A stretch of DNA of 62,967 bases, filler included, from Octopus bimaculoides (lineage: Eukaryota): assembly GCF_001194135.2 (NCBI RefSeq). It is 6 parts of 6 records of this genome, joined end to end, with 100 filler letters (N's around TTAATTAATTAA, not from the genome) between each part and the next. Parts side by side here need not be neighbours in the genome. Positions count along the whole stretch, not along the records: positions 7,811 to 22,870 come from NC_069008.1; positions 22,971 to 39,820 come from NC_069009.1; 4 more parts are not named here. One strand, 5' to 3'. Each line of letters begins with the position of its first letter. The first letter of the stretch is position 1. Of this stretch, positions 12,347 through 23,017 are shown one piece after another. Made by a program: the position numbers and the translations under genes. The notes below the pieces were generated by a model. That model saw only the letters and a program-made list of their open reading frames with translations, ran no database searches and was not told the origin of the DNA.

Positions 12347-15300
12347 GTAGGTCCTTTTGCTGTTGTTGTTGTTGTTGTTGTTGATGTTGGTTTTGTTGTT
12401 GTTGTATTATCCTAGCAGATCCTGTATTAAAAAGTATTCAAGGCTTTCTTTCCCTCTTGTATTGAAGCATAGTGTACCTAGGACTACATTTCTTGATGTG
12501 TCCTTCTTTGTTGTTGTTGTTTAGCCCAAGGTCAGTCCTGATCCAGCAGACTTATGATCAAAGATGTTGCAGATTTGACCGTCCCATCTTTAATTCAGGC
12601 ATAAGTGTATCTAGGACTATATTACCTAATGTGTTTTTCTTTGTTATTGTTTAACCCAAGGTCAGTCCTGATCCACCAAACCTATGATTAATGATCTTCC
12701 TTCTATGACCATCCCATCTTTGATTCAAGCATAAGTATTTCTAGGACTTCATTATCCAATGCGTTTTTTCTTATTGTTATTGTTTAACCCAAGGTCAGTC
12801 GTGATCCAGTAGACCTATGATCAAAGATGTTCCAACCATGACCATCCCATCTTTTATTCAAACATAGTGTATCTAGGACTGCATTATCACATGTATCCTT
12901 CCTTGTTTAACCCCAGGCCAATCCTGATCAGGCAGACCTATGATCAAAGACGCTCCAACTATGACCAGCAAGGGAGCTTCTATGTGGTCACTTGACCTTA
13001 CACAATATAACAGCTAAATCTCCCCTCAACAAACTCCCTATTCATTTTTACCCTTTAACTTTTAAACCAGTAATATCAGGCCCAAATATTCAACCTCTTT
13101 TATGGTCAAGCTGACCAGATCTGGCCTCTCACACCTGCCCTACAATGTCATTCTAAAAAAAAATTCCATCATTGAAATTTCAAAGCCGTGAGATAAATGC
13201 ATTATTAATTTAAAATACTGTGAATAAATAAGCATTACATTTGACAGAGGAATCTGAATGTTAAAGGGTTAAAATAGGGACCACAGGGACCAGTGAGAGA
13301 GCTTCTGTGTAGTCACTTGACCTCACACAATGTAACAGTCAAATCTCCCCCCAACAAACTCCCTATTCTTTTGAACCCTTTAGCATATAAACCAGTCATA
13401 TCTGGCACAAATGTTCTATACGACTTATGTTCAAACTGGTCAGATCCAGCATCTCACACCTACCTTACAATGTCATGATTCTGTGTGTGTGTATACACCA
13501 TTTATCGCCATTGTTTTTAGCGTTCACTTTTCCATGCTGACATGGGTCAGATAGAATTTGCTGAAGTGGATTTCCTACAGTTGGGATGCCCTTCCTGTCA
13601 CCAATCCTCACTTCTTCCCAAACAAGTTAACATTGGTCAATAACTAGACATGTTCTCTTTGAGAACTACGTTAAAGGTGCATGTGTCTGTGAAGTACTCA
13701 GCCACTTGCATGTTAATTTCACAGACAGGCTGTTCTATTGATTGGATCAACTGGAACACTAACTATCAGTACTGATGGAGCATTTCATGATGTAATTGTT
13801 TATATTTTTATTTTTGTGTATACATCTAGGATGACACGCAGAGAGGTCAGAGGCTGAAGGTGAAAAGTGAGAAAGATACACAGTCAAAGGTGACAGAGGC
13901 TGTGTGTTTCATTGAGAAGAAGATTACACAGAACCGCAAGCAGAAGCCGAGAATAGGAAACAACTTATTTCGACGGAAGGACAACGCGGAGCAGGAATTG
14001 AGGGCAAAGAAGTCACTTTCGTATGATGACCTCCGACAACCTGAGGATGACTATCTTTTTTCACTGAGTGACACGTGTAGCTTGGAGGGTGGTTGCACTG
14101 GCCAGAGTGCACGCATGCGGAATAAAGCCTTGTTTGGCAGCCAACGCAGGTGTCGGGTGTTAACAGATTCAAATGCAAACAATAACAGACAGGGACAAAT
14201 GAGACCCTGCACCACCAAAGCTGCCAACACCATCACCGTCATTGCAGATATCACCCCTAATACTCCAGCCAACATTAACAATTGCAATATTGCAAGCAAT
14301 GGCTGCAGTCATAGTAGCAGTTGCAGTAGCATCAATAACAACAGCAATGGTGTCAAAAGTAGCGCAGATGTAGAGTGCAGTGGTAGTCGTAACAGCAGGT
14401 TTCACAGAGACAGTTTTCGACGACCGAAAGTTGATGTGGGTCATAATGTCTCATTAGGGCCCAGCATCAAAGAAAAGGGCAGACAGAGCAACATGGTTGA
14501 TTGTGGTGTCTGGTCCCATCAACAAAAGGGATTGGTTACCCACAAAGTCCTCAAGAGAGCACTGATGGAGTCTCCAAAATTGGTAAGTAAATTTCTCTGT
14601 TGTTTAACACTTTATTGTCGGTGTGTGTCATTGTTGCTGTTGTTGTTGTTATTGTTTTGTCCTAAGTCCACCTTGATTGAACAGACCTTTAATGAAAATC
14701 AATCCTACTTTGGCCATCCCATCTTGTTATGCTTTTTCTAAGTACAGCATCTTTTATTTAAAAAAAGCAACAAGACAAAACAAAAAACACAGGTGCAGAA
14801 GTGGCTGTGTGATTAAAAGCCTGCTTTGCAACCAAACAACTTTGGGTTCATTCCCACTGCATGACGATGATGATGATGATTATTATTTTTACTATTATTA
14901 TTATTATTATTCCTTTTGTTCTTCACATACAAGTATTTGTGTATTCATCATCATTTTATTTTTTATTCAGTTTAAAAAAAAAAACTGATGCATGCCTTAG
15001 ACCATTCAGGAGTCTTTTGAACTTATTTTGTGCTTGGCTTTTGGCCCACCCTGTATAACCTTTTTTTATTGAGAAAAATTGAAGCATGTCTTTGAACTTA
15101 TTTTCTGCATGACATTTGGTTCACCTTATATAACCCTTTTTTATTGAGCTAACAATAAAAGACAACCAGGACAACTTGGTAGAGATGCTGTTATAGCAAG
15201 AGAAGAGAAACAATACAAGATAAATACAAAAAGATGATTTATCATTTGATTTTGGAAAACATAATTTTTTTTTCTTTTGCAGAAAGTTGAGACAAATGGC

Positions 15301-18300
15301 TTAGCATTGCTGGGAGATGTCTGCATGGAATGTGAAAACCTGAGAATGTCTGAGAAAGGTTACACTCTGGCACATTGTGCCGCCTATAATGGACACCTCC
15401 AGTGTTTACAGGTAAGTTAGAAACCAAAGTGCCTCTACATGGGCTGGTGAATTGGCAGAGTCTGTTGAGCACTACAGAACATCAAATGTTTTGTGGTGTT
15501 TTGTTCTCACTCTGGTTGAGGTCAAAGATTGAAATCACAATGTAAAAGCTGACCCCTCACATTCTTTATTCTGGTTCTGCTGCAGGTCCTGGTGGAAAAA
15601 GCTTTTGATCTAACAGCATTGGATCCCCAAGGGATGAGACCCTCACAGGTGGCCCTATCAGCAGGCCACATAGACTGCTGGAATTATTTGGCTGTGTTTG
15701 AGCTGAGTCATATTTTATTGAGAGAAATGTGCAATTTTGGGTCTTTGGTGGAGAGGTAAATAGGTTTTCTTTTTCTTTTTTGTTTTCGTTACCTCCCCCC
15801 CCCCACCAGGGTCCAGCCTTGACCCTCCCGTCTTTTATTCAAACACATGTGTACTTTAGCAACTGTACTTATTTGTCCTTGCAGTGGAGTACTCAGCCAC
15901 TTGCACGTTGACCGTATCAGCTAGGACCCTCATTGTCACAACCGACGGAGTGCTCCTTGTGGAGGCACAATGGCCTAGTGGTTAGGGCAGTGGACTCGCG
16001 GTTGTAGGATTGCGGTTTCGATTCCCAGACTGGGCGTTATGAGTGTTTATTGAGCGAAAACACCTAAACTTCACAAGGCTCCAGCAGGGGCTGTCGGAAA
16101 ACCCTGCTGTACTCTTTCACCACAACTTTCTCTCACTCTTTCTTCCTGTTTCTGTTGCACCTATATTTCAAGGCCAAATTTAGCCCCTCGGAGGACCACA
16201 CTTAGCCCCTTAAAAGGCTCTGCCTGACCTTTTAGAAAGCCACACAGCTCTTCAGAAAGCTGCATTAGGTCAAGCAAATGTTTGCATTTAGGATCTCACA
16301 AGGCCACAGCTCCTCAGAAGCTTACATGTAACCCCTCAGAAGGTCACATTTAACCCTTGAGAAGGTTGCTCTTAGCCCTTCGGAAGGCTTCACTCAACCA
16401 TTCAGAAAGCTACACTCATTGCTTCAGAAGGTCACCTGTGACTTTAAAACTACAAATGTCCCACCTTTTGGTTAAACACTAGAAATATTATATGTTCAAA
16501 AGAACCGGCTGAAATTCTTCTCCATTTGTTTCCAGGGTCAACAACCAACTGGAATCTGTGAGATCAGAAGCTGAAATGGTAAGTAAGAACTGTTCCTCAC
16601 ATAGATACAAGCTTGTCATCGTCATCGTCATCGTCATCATCATGTTGTCGCTGTCGCTGTCACCGCTGCTTGGAAACAAGTGAGGGTTGGTGACAGGAAG
16701 GGGATCCCAGCTGTGGAAATTTTGCCTTAAGGAATAGTCTGACTCATGGGAGTATAGAAAGGAGGCTGTTAAGATGATGATGATGCTGATGATGATGATG
16801 CTGATGATGATGTTGACAATGAAAATGGTAATGATGACAAAGACAACGACAACGATGTTGTTGATGATGATGATGATGATTATGATGATGATAATGATGA
16901 CAATGATGCTATTGACAATGATGATGACGATGATGATTTTGATAATGATGATGATTATGGTGACAATGACAACGACTGATCCTTATTTCAATACTGTGAT
17001 CCCTATGTCAGTTTTATGACCCCTATTTTACTACAGTAACTCCATTTCAGTATTGTGATCCATTTTTCAGTCCCCTATTTCTGTACTTTAACCCTTCAGG
17101 ATTTAAACTGTCCATATCTGGAACCCAAAATATTCCACCTGTTTTATGTTCAAACTAACCAGATCTTGCTTCTCACACCTATCCTGCAAGGTCATTCTAA
17201 ACAGAAACAATTATACCAGTGAAATCTTTGAAGCTATGAGATAACGTATTGTGATCCCTTTTTTTATGAATGCGATCCCTATTCCAGTCTTTATGAGCCT
17301 TTATTTTAACTCTGTGATCCTGTTTCAGTTATCTGAACTTCTTAAGGTGGTGAGCTTGCAGAAACGTTAGCGAACCAGGCAAAACTCTTAGCAGTATTTC
17401 ATCTTTCTTTACAATCTGATTTCAAATTCCACCAAGGCCGACATTGCCTTTCATCCTTTCAGGGTTGATAAGTACCAGCTGTGTACTGGGGTCGATCTAA
17501 TTGACCGAGAGTAGAAAAGAATATATGTTTTAAATATAGCAAGCTGGCAGGATCGTTAGTATGCCGGGTGAAATGCTTGGTAGTATTTTGTCTGTCTTTA
17601 TGTTCTGAGTTCAAATTCCGCCAAGGTTGATTTTGCTTTTTGTCTTCTTGGGGGTCGATAAATTAAGTACCAGTTGCATACTGGGGTTGATCTAATCAAC
17701 TGGCCCCCTCCCCCAAAAATTCGAGGCCTTGTTCCTAGAGTAGAAAAGAATTATCTGACCTTCTTCTTTCAGCTGCGTCACACCCTGGAGTCCCGGTCAC
17801 ATGACCTCCGCAATCAAATGCAAAGTGTCCGGGAGGTGACCAGAAGCATACAGAGAAGCCTTGACCCACGCCACCCTCACTCCCATCACCACCATCACCA
17901 CCACCACCAGCAGTCTTCCAAACACCAGTGCCCGGGTCAGCAGGGACCAACCTGCCAAGCCATACAGTAAGTTCATCCTTCTTAATTAAAATTAAATTTG
18001 TTGCTTCTTCTTCCACTCTACAACCACAGGCAAGGAGTTTCCTCCTTACAGGCCCTCAAACAGCTAGAACCCTTTTAAAGTCAGTAATCGATTGCTCTTC
18101 TTTCCACAGAGAATCACTCACCTTGCTGGAGAGAGTTGAGTGTAACTTGGCAGAGCTGTGCCGAGTGGACAGTGATGGTGGCAGTTCGAGGAAGAGCTGT
18201 CCTGAGGGGAGCCTGGAGTGGATACTGAAGAAGATAGAGAAGCTGGAAATGGATGACAGCCACATCAACGACATCAGGCAATTAGAGAATGTGGAGAAAA

Positions 18301-21300
18301 GGTGTCGTGTCATACGGTAAGTTGACCCTTGACCTTTGAACATTTGTAGCTAAGACATGCAGTTAGCTTGGTTGTCTTAATAATAATAATCATAATAATT
18401 CATTCTGTTGTAGGCATAGAGGGGACATCGATTAGATCGACCCCAGTATGCAGTTGGTACTCATTTTATCAACCCTGAAAGGGTGAAAGGCAAAATCAAC
18501 CTTGGCAGAATTTGAACTCAGAACATAAACTCAGACAAAAAATTATAGGGACATAAACACACTGACACCAGTTGTCAAGCAAAGGCTAGGAACAAACACA
18601 CAGATATATGTGTGTGTATATATANNNNNNNNNNNNNNNNNNNNNNNNNNNNNNNNNNNNNNNNNNNNNNNNNNNNNNNNNNNNNNNNNNNNNNNNNNNN
18701 NNNNNNNNNNNNNNNNNNNNNNNNNNNNNNNNNNNNNNNNNNNNNNNNNNNNNNNNNNNNNNNNNNNNNNNNNNNNNNNNNNNNNNNNNNNNNNNNNNNN
18801 NNNNNNNNNNNNNNNNNNNNNNNNNNNNNNNNNNNNNNNNNNNNNNNNNNNNNNNNNNNNNNNNNNNNNNNNNNNNNNNNNNNNNNNNNNNNNNNNNNNN
18901 NNNNNNNNNNNNNNNNNNNNNNNNNNNNNNNNNNNNNNNNNNNNNNNNNNNNNNNNNNNNNNNNNNNNNNNNNNNNNNNNNNNNNNNNNNNNNNNNNNNN
19001 NNNNNNNNNNNNNNNNNNNNNNNNNNNNNNNNGCTTGACACCCAATGTTGGTGTGCTTACGTCCCCGTAACTTAGCGGTTCAGCAAAAGTGACCAATGGA
19101 ATAAGTACTAGGCTTACAAAGAATAAGTCCTGGGGTCAATTTGCTCGACTGAAGGCGGTGCTCCAGCATGGCTGCGGTTAAGAAGACTGAAACAAATAAA
19201 AGGATAAAAGAATATATATATACGACGGGCTTCTTTCAGTTTCCATCTACCAAATTCATTCACAAGGCTTGGTCAGCCTGAATCTACAGCAGAAGACAAG
19301 CCGCCCAAGGTGCCACACAGTGGGAACTGAACCTGGAACCATCTGGTTGGGAAGCTAGCTTCTTACCACACAGCCATTCCTGTACCTCCACTCCGAATTT
19401 GTTAAGCAAGATTCCAGAACTTTTTTCCAAATATTGGGTTTAAGTCTCGTAACCCAAACTGTAATTAAAATATAAATTGATTTCTTCAGCCCATGGGACA
19501 TTAACGGAATATTTGTTCACGCAAATGTTTGTCTTTGAGGTGGAAACATGGTAGACATTCAAGCTGAAGACGCAATAGTCACAAATTTATTGCTTGCCAA
19601 TAATATTTGCCCAGGAATGGTTCAGTTGTCTGGTTTTATTAAAGATTCTGGAACCAATATTGGTAAATGCATATAAGATCCTCCTTTTGCAATGGTTGGT
19701 GCTAATAAGAGGTGGAAAAAGTTGCTGGTGGGGGTTCTAAGTTCTATGAGTTACAGACGGAGATAATTACCATTTTCTATATTGAAGCAAATGGAAAATG
19801 AATGGTTGTGGGTGTGTGTGTGTGTGTGTGCCTGTGTGTGTGTGTGTATAGATATGCATGTCTAGATGTGTGTGTAAGCCTGTATATGTGCATGTGTGTG
19901 TATATGCGCTTGTGTGTGTATAGATAGATGTGTGTAGATGTGTGTGTGTGTGCATGCACATGTGTATGTCTGTATATGTGTATGTGTGTGTATATGCGTA
20001 TGTGTGTGTATGTANNNNNNNNNNTGTGCATGCACATGTGTATGTCTGTATATGTGTATGTGTGTGTATATGCGTATGTGTGTGTATGTAGATATGTGTG
20101 TAGATGTGTGTGCGTGCGAGTATTTTTGTGCATGTGTGTATATGTGTATGTTTGTGTTTTTAGTTGCGTACATGTGCGTGTGTATATGTGTGCGTGTTTG
20201 TATGTGTGTGTGTAAGTGTGTGTATGCATATGTGTATATGTGTATATGTGCACGTGTGTGTGTATGTGCATGTGTGGGTATAGATGTGGGTGTAGATGTG
20301 TGTATATGTATGCATTATTATTATTATTATTATTATTATAGTAGTGGTGGTAGTGGTGGTAGTAGTGGTGGTGTTAGTGGTGGTNNNNNNNNNNNNNNNN
20401 NNNNNNNNNNNGGTGGTGGTGGTGGTGGTGGTGGTTGTGGTTTTGATGGTTTTGGTTTTGGTGGTGGTGGCAGTTGTTAGTGGTGGCGGATATGGCGGCA
20501 GCAGCGGTGGTGGTTGTGGCTGTGGTTGTGGTTGGGGTTGTGATGGTGACGGTGGTGGTTGTGGTAGTAGAATGTAATATTCTCTTTCTTTTTTATTTTT
20601 TCCAGAAATTTCCTTTTGCTGGAAGATGACCAACAGAATGCATCCAGGTGGCGAGAGGATTACCATGATGGTATGTCTACCAGCAGCATGCAGTCGAGTG
20701 TCAGCAGCGGCAACAACAGCAGCGGCAGCAGCACAAGACTGAGAAGGGTGCCGAGGAGGGGACAGCCGTCTGTTTCCTGCGCCAGCTCCCCATCGAGCAG
20801 AACGAGAGCAGCACAACACGGGGACCCCAGATTAAAAATGTCCGAGGAGCAGCTGCGTCACACACTTCCACGGAGACGACAGCAGCAGCAGCTGCAGCAG
20901 CAAAAACAGCAAGAACAACATCAACAACTGCCACAGAGGTGGTTGCATCAACAATGGGAGCACCAGCAGCAGCAGTCACCATCACGACAAAATGTAAGAA
21001 GGCCCGTGACATGTTCAAAACAGCCTGGTCATCGATCTGATGGAGCACCTAGAATGCTCGGTCCCCCACTAAGTGGTAGAGGCCTTGTTCTGGCATCGTC
21101 AGTGACGGATACGACCGATATGGACAGTTCAAGTGATTGGGAGAGCAGCAGTCAGGGGAGCATAGAAAGCAGCATGAATGCTCGTAGTGAAGGGTCGGTG
21201 CCTTATGTGAAATCAAAACCTTCCACATCCAGTAGCTGGAGCTTTGTTCCAACGAAACCTGGTGAACGAAGCAACTTACTCGATGTCGACGCCCGTGTCC

Positions 21301-22363
21301 ATGGAAAATACCTGCCTCGTCGTTCATCGGTGGATCGTCTTACAGACATGGAGACTGAGTTGGCACCCACGAGTGCAAACATGCAAGATTCTCCTGGTTC
21401 ACTTCGGCAAGAACGACTCGCTAACCATTTCCGATATTTGGAGAAAAATACCAAAATGCGAGACGAAGATCTCCGCGGAGGGGTGGCGGTTGTAGAGAAA
21501 CAGGGACCGAATATTAAGAACTATCAAGCAGGGGACACACTTTCGAACTGTCAACCAAACAGCAAGAATGAAAGTGGGAACAGATGTCAGAATCTCTCTG
21601 AAGGGGACTTCGAAATGGCATCACACTCTTCTGCCACTCTTTCTGAGACTGCCAGTAGAACGTTCCAAAAGGGACACAACTCTGCTACCTCTACATCTCG
21701 TCCTGATCATGAATTCAGGGGCTGGGCACACAATGCTAACCGTCCTCTCAAGAGAAATGACAGCTTCCAAAATAATACAAACATTCAACGGAAAGATTTC
21801 ATTGGTCGATGCAGGCAGACAATTGATGATGATGGGTTACATTTCAACCAATCATTTTCATTGGGGGTAAGTGATGTACATTACTCTGGTCCCTTTTTTT
21901 TTTTACTTCACTCACTTCCCTCCTATCCTGCCCTTACCCTAGAACCAATTCCATGAGAAATATACGTTGTTTAATGAATACAAAACATACAAGTTAAACA
22001 AGTTATAAATGAGCTACTTTAAGTTTCATGTTAAGAGAGTGCAGTAATCAAATGGGCTTGCTTAATGTACTGTGCAAAATCTGGTAATCATTCAGGCTCA
22101 AAAAAGACCTCACCACCCTATCACTTCACCCCTGTCACCTCATCTCCTCCTACGTCACCACCAACCACCAAGCAGCAGCCATCCACCCATTATAAACTGC
22201 CCATCATCTACTCCTACCGTGCACTGCCCATTCTCTGCCCCTACCCCCACTTTCTCCTCCCCCCTCTTCACCTCAGCCCTCGACTGCATCGGCTCTCATT
22301 AACCATCGTCTCACCTTTCTGTTTTATTTTGCTGCAGGGTTGTCAAACATCGAACAAGCCTTG
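12216..22363 (+). CDS. Multi-exon gene (exons 1-9, 5' incomplete): ankyrin-repeat / coiled-coil protein, synphilin-1-like. join(<12216..12346,13830..14582,15283..15411,15586..15755,16536..16578,17773..17966,18110..18316,20606..21866,22338..22363)
   Basis: All nine exons are open and bounded by GT-AG, with matching intron phases (0,0,0,2,0,2,2,0,2). The ankyrin motif and following segment resemble synphilin-1 as recalled; family identity is about 0.6 and needs BLAST. Confidence 0.85.
12406..12965 (+). repeat. Tandem array (about 4.5 copies, about 125-130 bp) of repeat family E (cccaaggtcagtcctgatc...gacctatgatcaaagatgttcc...gaccatcccatcttt...ctaggactacatt)
   Basis: Direct repeats visible, separated by ttgtt tracts. 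Confidence 0.85.
13051..13268. mobile_element. piggyBac-type MITE (CCCTTT...AAAGGG, TTAA at the right flank)
   Basis: ttta|ccctttaac...gttaaaggg|ttaa; partial relatives at 13372-13475 and 17087-17245. Confidence 0.75.
13830..14582 (+). CDS. Exon 2, 753 nt, low-complexity Ser/Asn-rich region (DDTQRGQRLKVKSEK...MESPKL)
   Basis: Acceptor catctag|GAT, donor TTG|gtaagt, in frame with ORF 13860..14741. Confidence 0.88.
15283..15411 (+). CDS. SNCAIP: Exon 3: KVETNGLALLGDVCMECENLRMSEKGYTLAHCAAYNGHLQCLQ (ankyrin repeat)
   Basis: ttttgcag|AAA ... CAG|gtaagt. GYTLAHCAAYNGHLQCLQ fits the ankyrin consensus. The symbol is tentative (synphilin-1-like). Confidence 0.85.
15586..15755 (+). CDS. SNCAIP: Exon 4: VLVEKAFDLTALDPQGMRPSQVALSAGHIDCWNYLAVFELSHILLREMCNFGSLVE(R)
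   Basis: ctgcag|GTC ... AG|gtaaat. Aligns by eye with the recalled human synphilin-1 segment TLVEYGANVTMQNHAGEKPSQSAERQGHTLCSRYLVVVETCMSLASQV. The symbol is tentative. Confidence 0.85.
15960..16175 (+). mobile_element. tRNA-derived SINE family C (gtggaggcacaatggcctagtggttagggc...)
   Basis: A/B-box-like head. Near-identical minus-strand copies at 27490-28135, 28890-29283 and 29380-29612. Confidence 0.85.
16175..16440 (+). repeat. Degenerate minisatellite, about 22 bp (cc(c/t)tcagaaggtcacacttaac-like)
   Basis: cagaa(a/g)g cores recur at about 22-bp spacing. Confidence 0.6.
16536..16578 (+). CDS. Exon 5 (43 nt): (R)VNNQLESVRSEAEM, putative coiled coil
   Basis: tttccag|G ... ATG|gtaagt; phase 2 in, phase 0 out, matching both neighbours. 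Confidence 0.85.
17773..17966 (+). CDS. Exon 6: LRHTLESRSHDLRNQMQSVREVTRSIQRSLDPRHPHSHHHHHHHHQQSSKHQCPGQQGPTCQAI(Q)
   Basis: ttctttcag|CTG ... CA|gtaagt; open; contains a poly-His tract. Confidence 0.88.
18110..18316 (+). CDS. Exon 7: ESLTLLERVECNLAELCRVDSDGGSSRKSCPEGSLEWILKKIEKLEMDDSHINDIRQLENVEKRCRVI(R)
   Basis: tttccacag|A ... CG|gtaagt; phase 2/2. Confidence 0.88.
19810..20575. repeat. Compound TG/TA/ATT/GGT microsatellite block, representative of dozens in the window
   Basis: Direct inspection; such blocks produce most of the spurious ORFs in the track. Confidence 0.95.
20606..21866 (+). CDS. Exon 8 (1261 nt): long Ser/Gln-rich, probably disordered region (NFLLLEDDQQ...QSFSLG)
   Basis: tttttccag|A ... 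GGG|gtaagt; lies in ORF 20616..21956 with matching phases. Confidence 0.9.
22338..22363 (+). CDS. Exon 9, 26-nt microexon: GCQTSNKP(W)
   Basis: ttttgctgcag|GGT ... TG|gtaagt; strong consensus sites; phase 0 in, phase 2 out. Confidence 0.75.
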
Positions 22364-22483
22364 GTAAGTATTGATCCTCAGACTCATTTTTAAACTCATC
22401 ATACACAAACATACACACACACACACATATATGTATATATGTGAACATATATGTATATATCATCATCATCATTTTCATATATT

Positions 22484-22519
<36 letters not shown>

Positions 22520-22530
22520 TATATATATAT

Positions 22531-22870
22531 AGGAGGAAGAGACCCAGATTGCTTAATAAAGAGAATGAATGGGAGGAAGAGAGCCTGCCGTATGTCGACC
22601 CAATAGAGGGACCAGCTATCCGAGTTGATAGTACCAGGGTAGATAAAGCAATTAAGAGTATGAAGACCGGGAAAGCCCCCGGCCCATCAGGAATCACTGC
22701 AGAGATGCTCAAAATATCTGGCAGTGTTGGCTATAGCCTAGTCACCCGTATTACGAACCAGGTGATACACGAAGGAGTCATACCCAATGACTGGTGTAGC
22801 AGCATCATAGTCAACTGCTACAAAGGTAAAGGTGACGCTTTAGATACAAATAATTACAGAGGCATCAAGC
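22531..22870 (+). mobile_element. RTE-like LINE reverse-transcriptase fragment
   Basis: VDKAIKSMKTGKAPGPSGITAEMLK...IPNDWCSSIIVNCYKGKGDALDTNNYRGIK; truncated by a scaffold gap. Confidence 0.92.
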
Positions 22871-22970
22871 NNNNNNNNNNNNNNNNNNNNNNNNNNNNNN
22901 NNNNNNNNNNNNNNTTAATTAATTAANNNNNNNNNNNNNNNNNNNNNNNNNNNNNNNNNNNNNNNNNNNN
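22871..22970. other. Assembly join marker: 44 N + TTAATTAATTAA + 44 N (gap of unknown size)
   Basis: The same 100-nt construct occurs at 7711-7810, 39821-39920, 49179-49278 and 51411-51510. Confidence 0.95.
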
Positions 22971-22974
22971 GCCT

Positions 22975-23017
<43 letters not shown>

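Noticed and set aside
15960-16035. tRNA-like sequences at SINE heads (also 3787, 40030, 47400)
   Set aside because: They continue directly into repeat bodies shared by many copies; these are SINE heads, not tRNA genes.
16175-17330. Regularly spaced short repeats that might suggest a CRISPR-like array
   Set aside because: Units are degenerate with no unique spacers, and the context is a eukaryotic intron; these are minisatellites.
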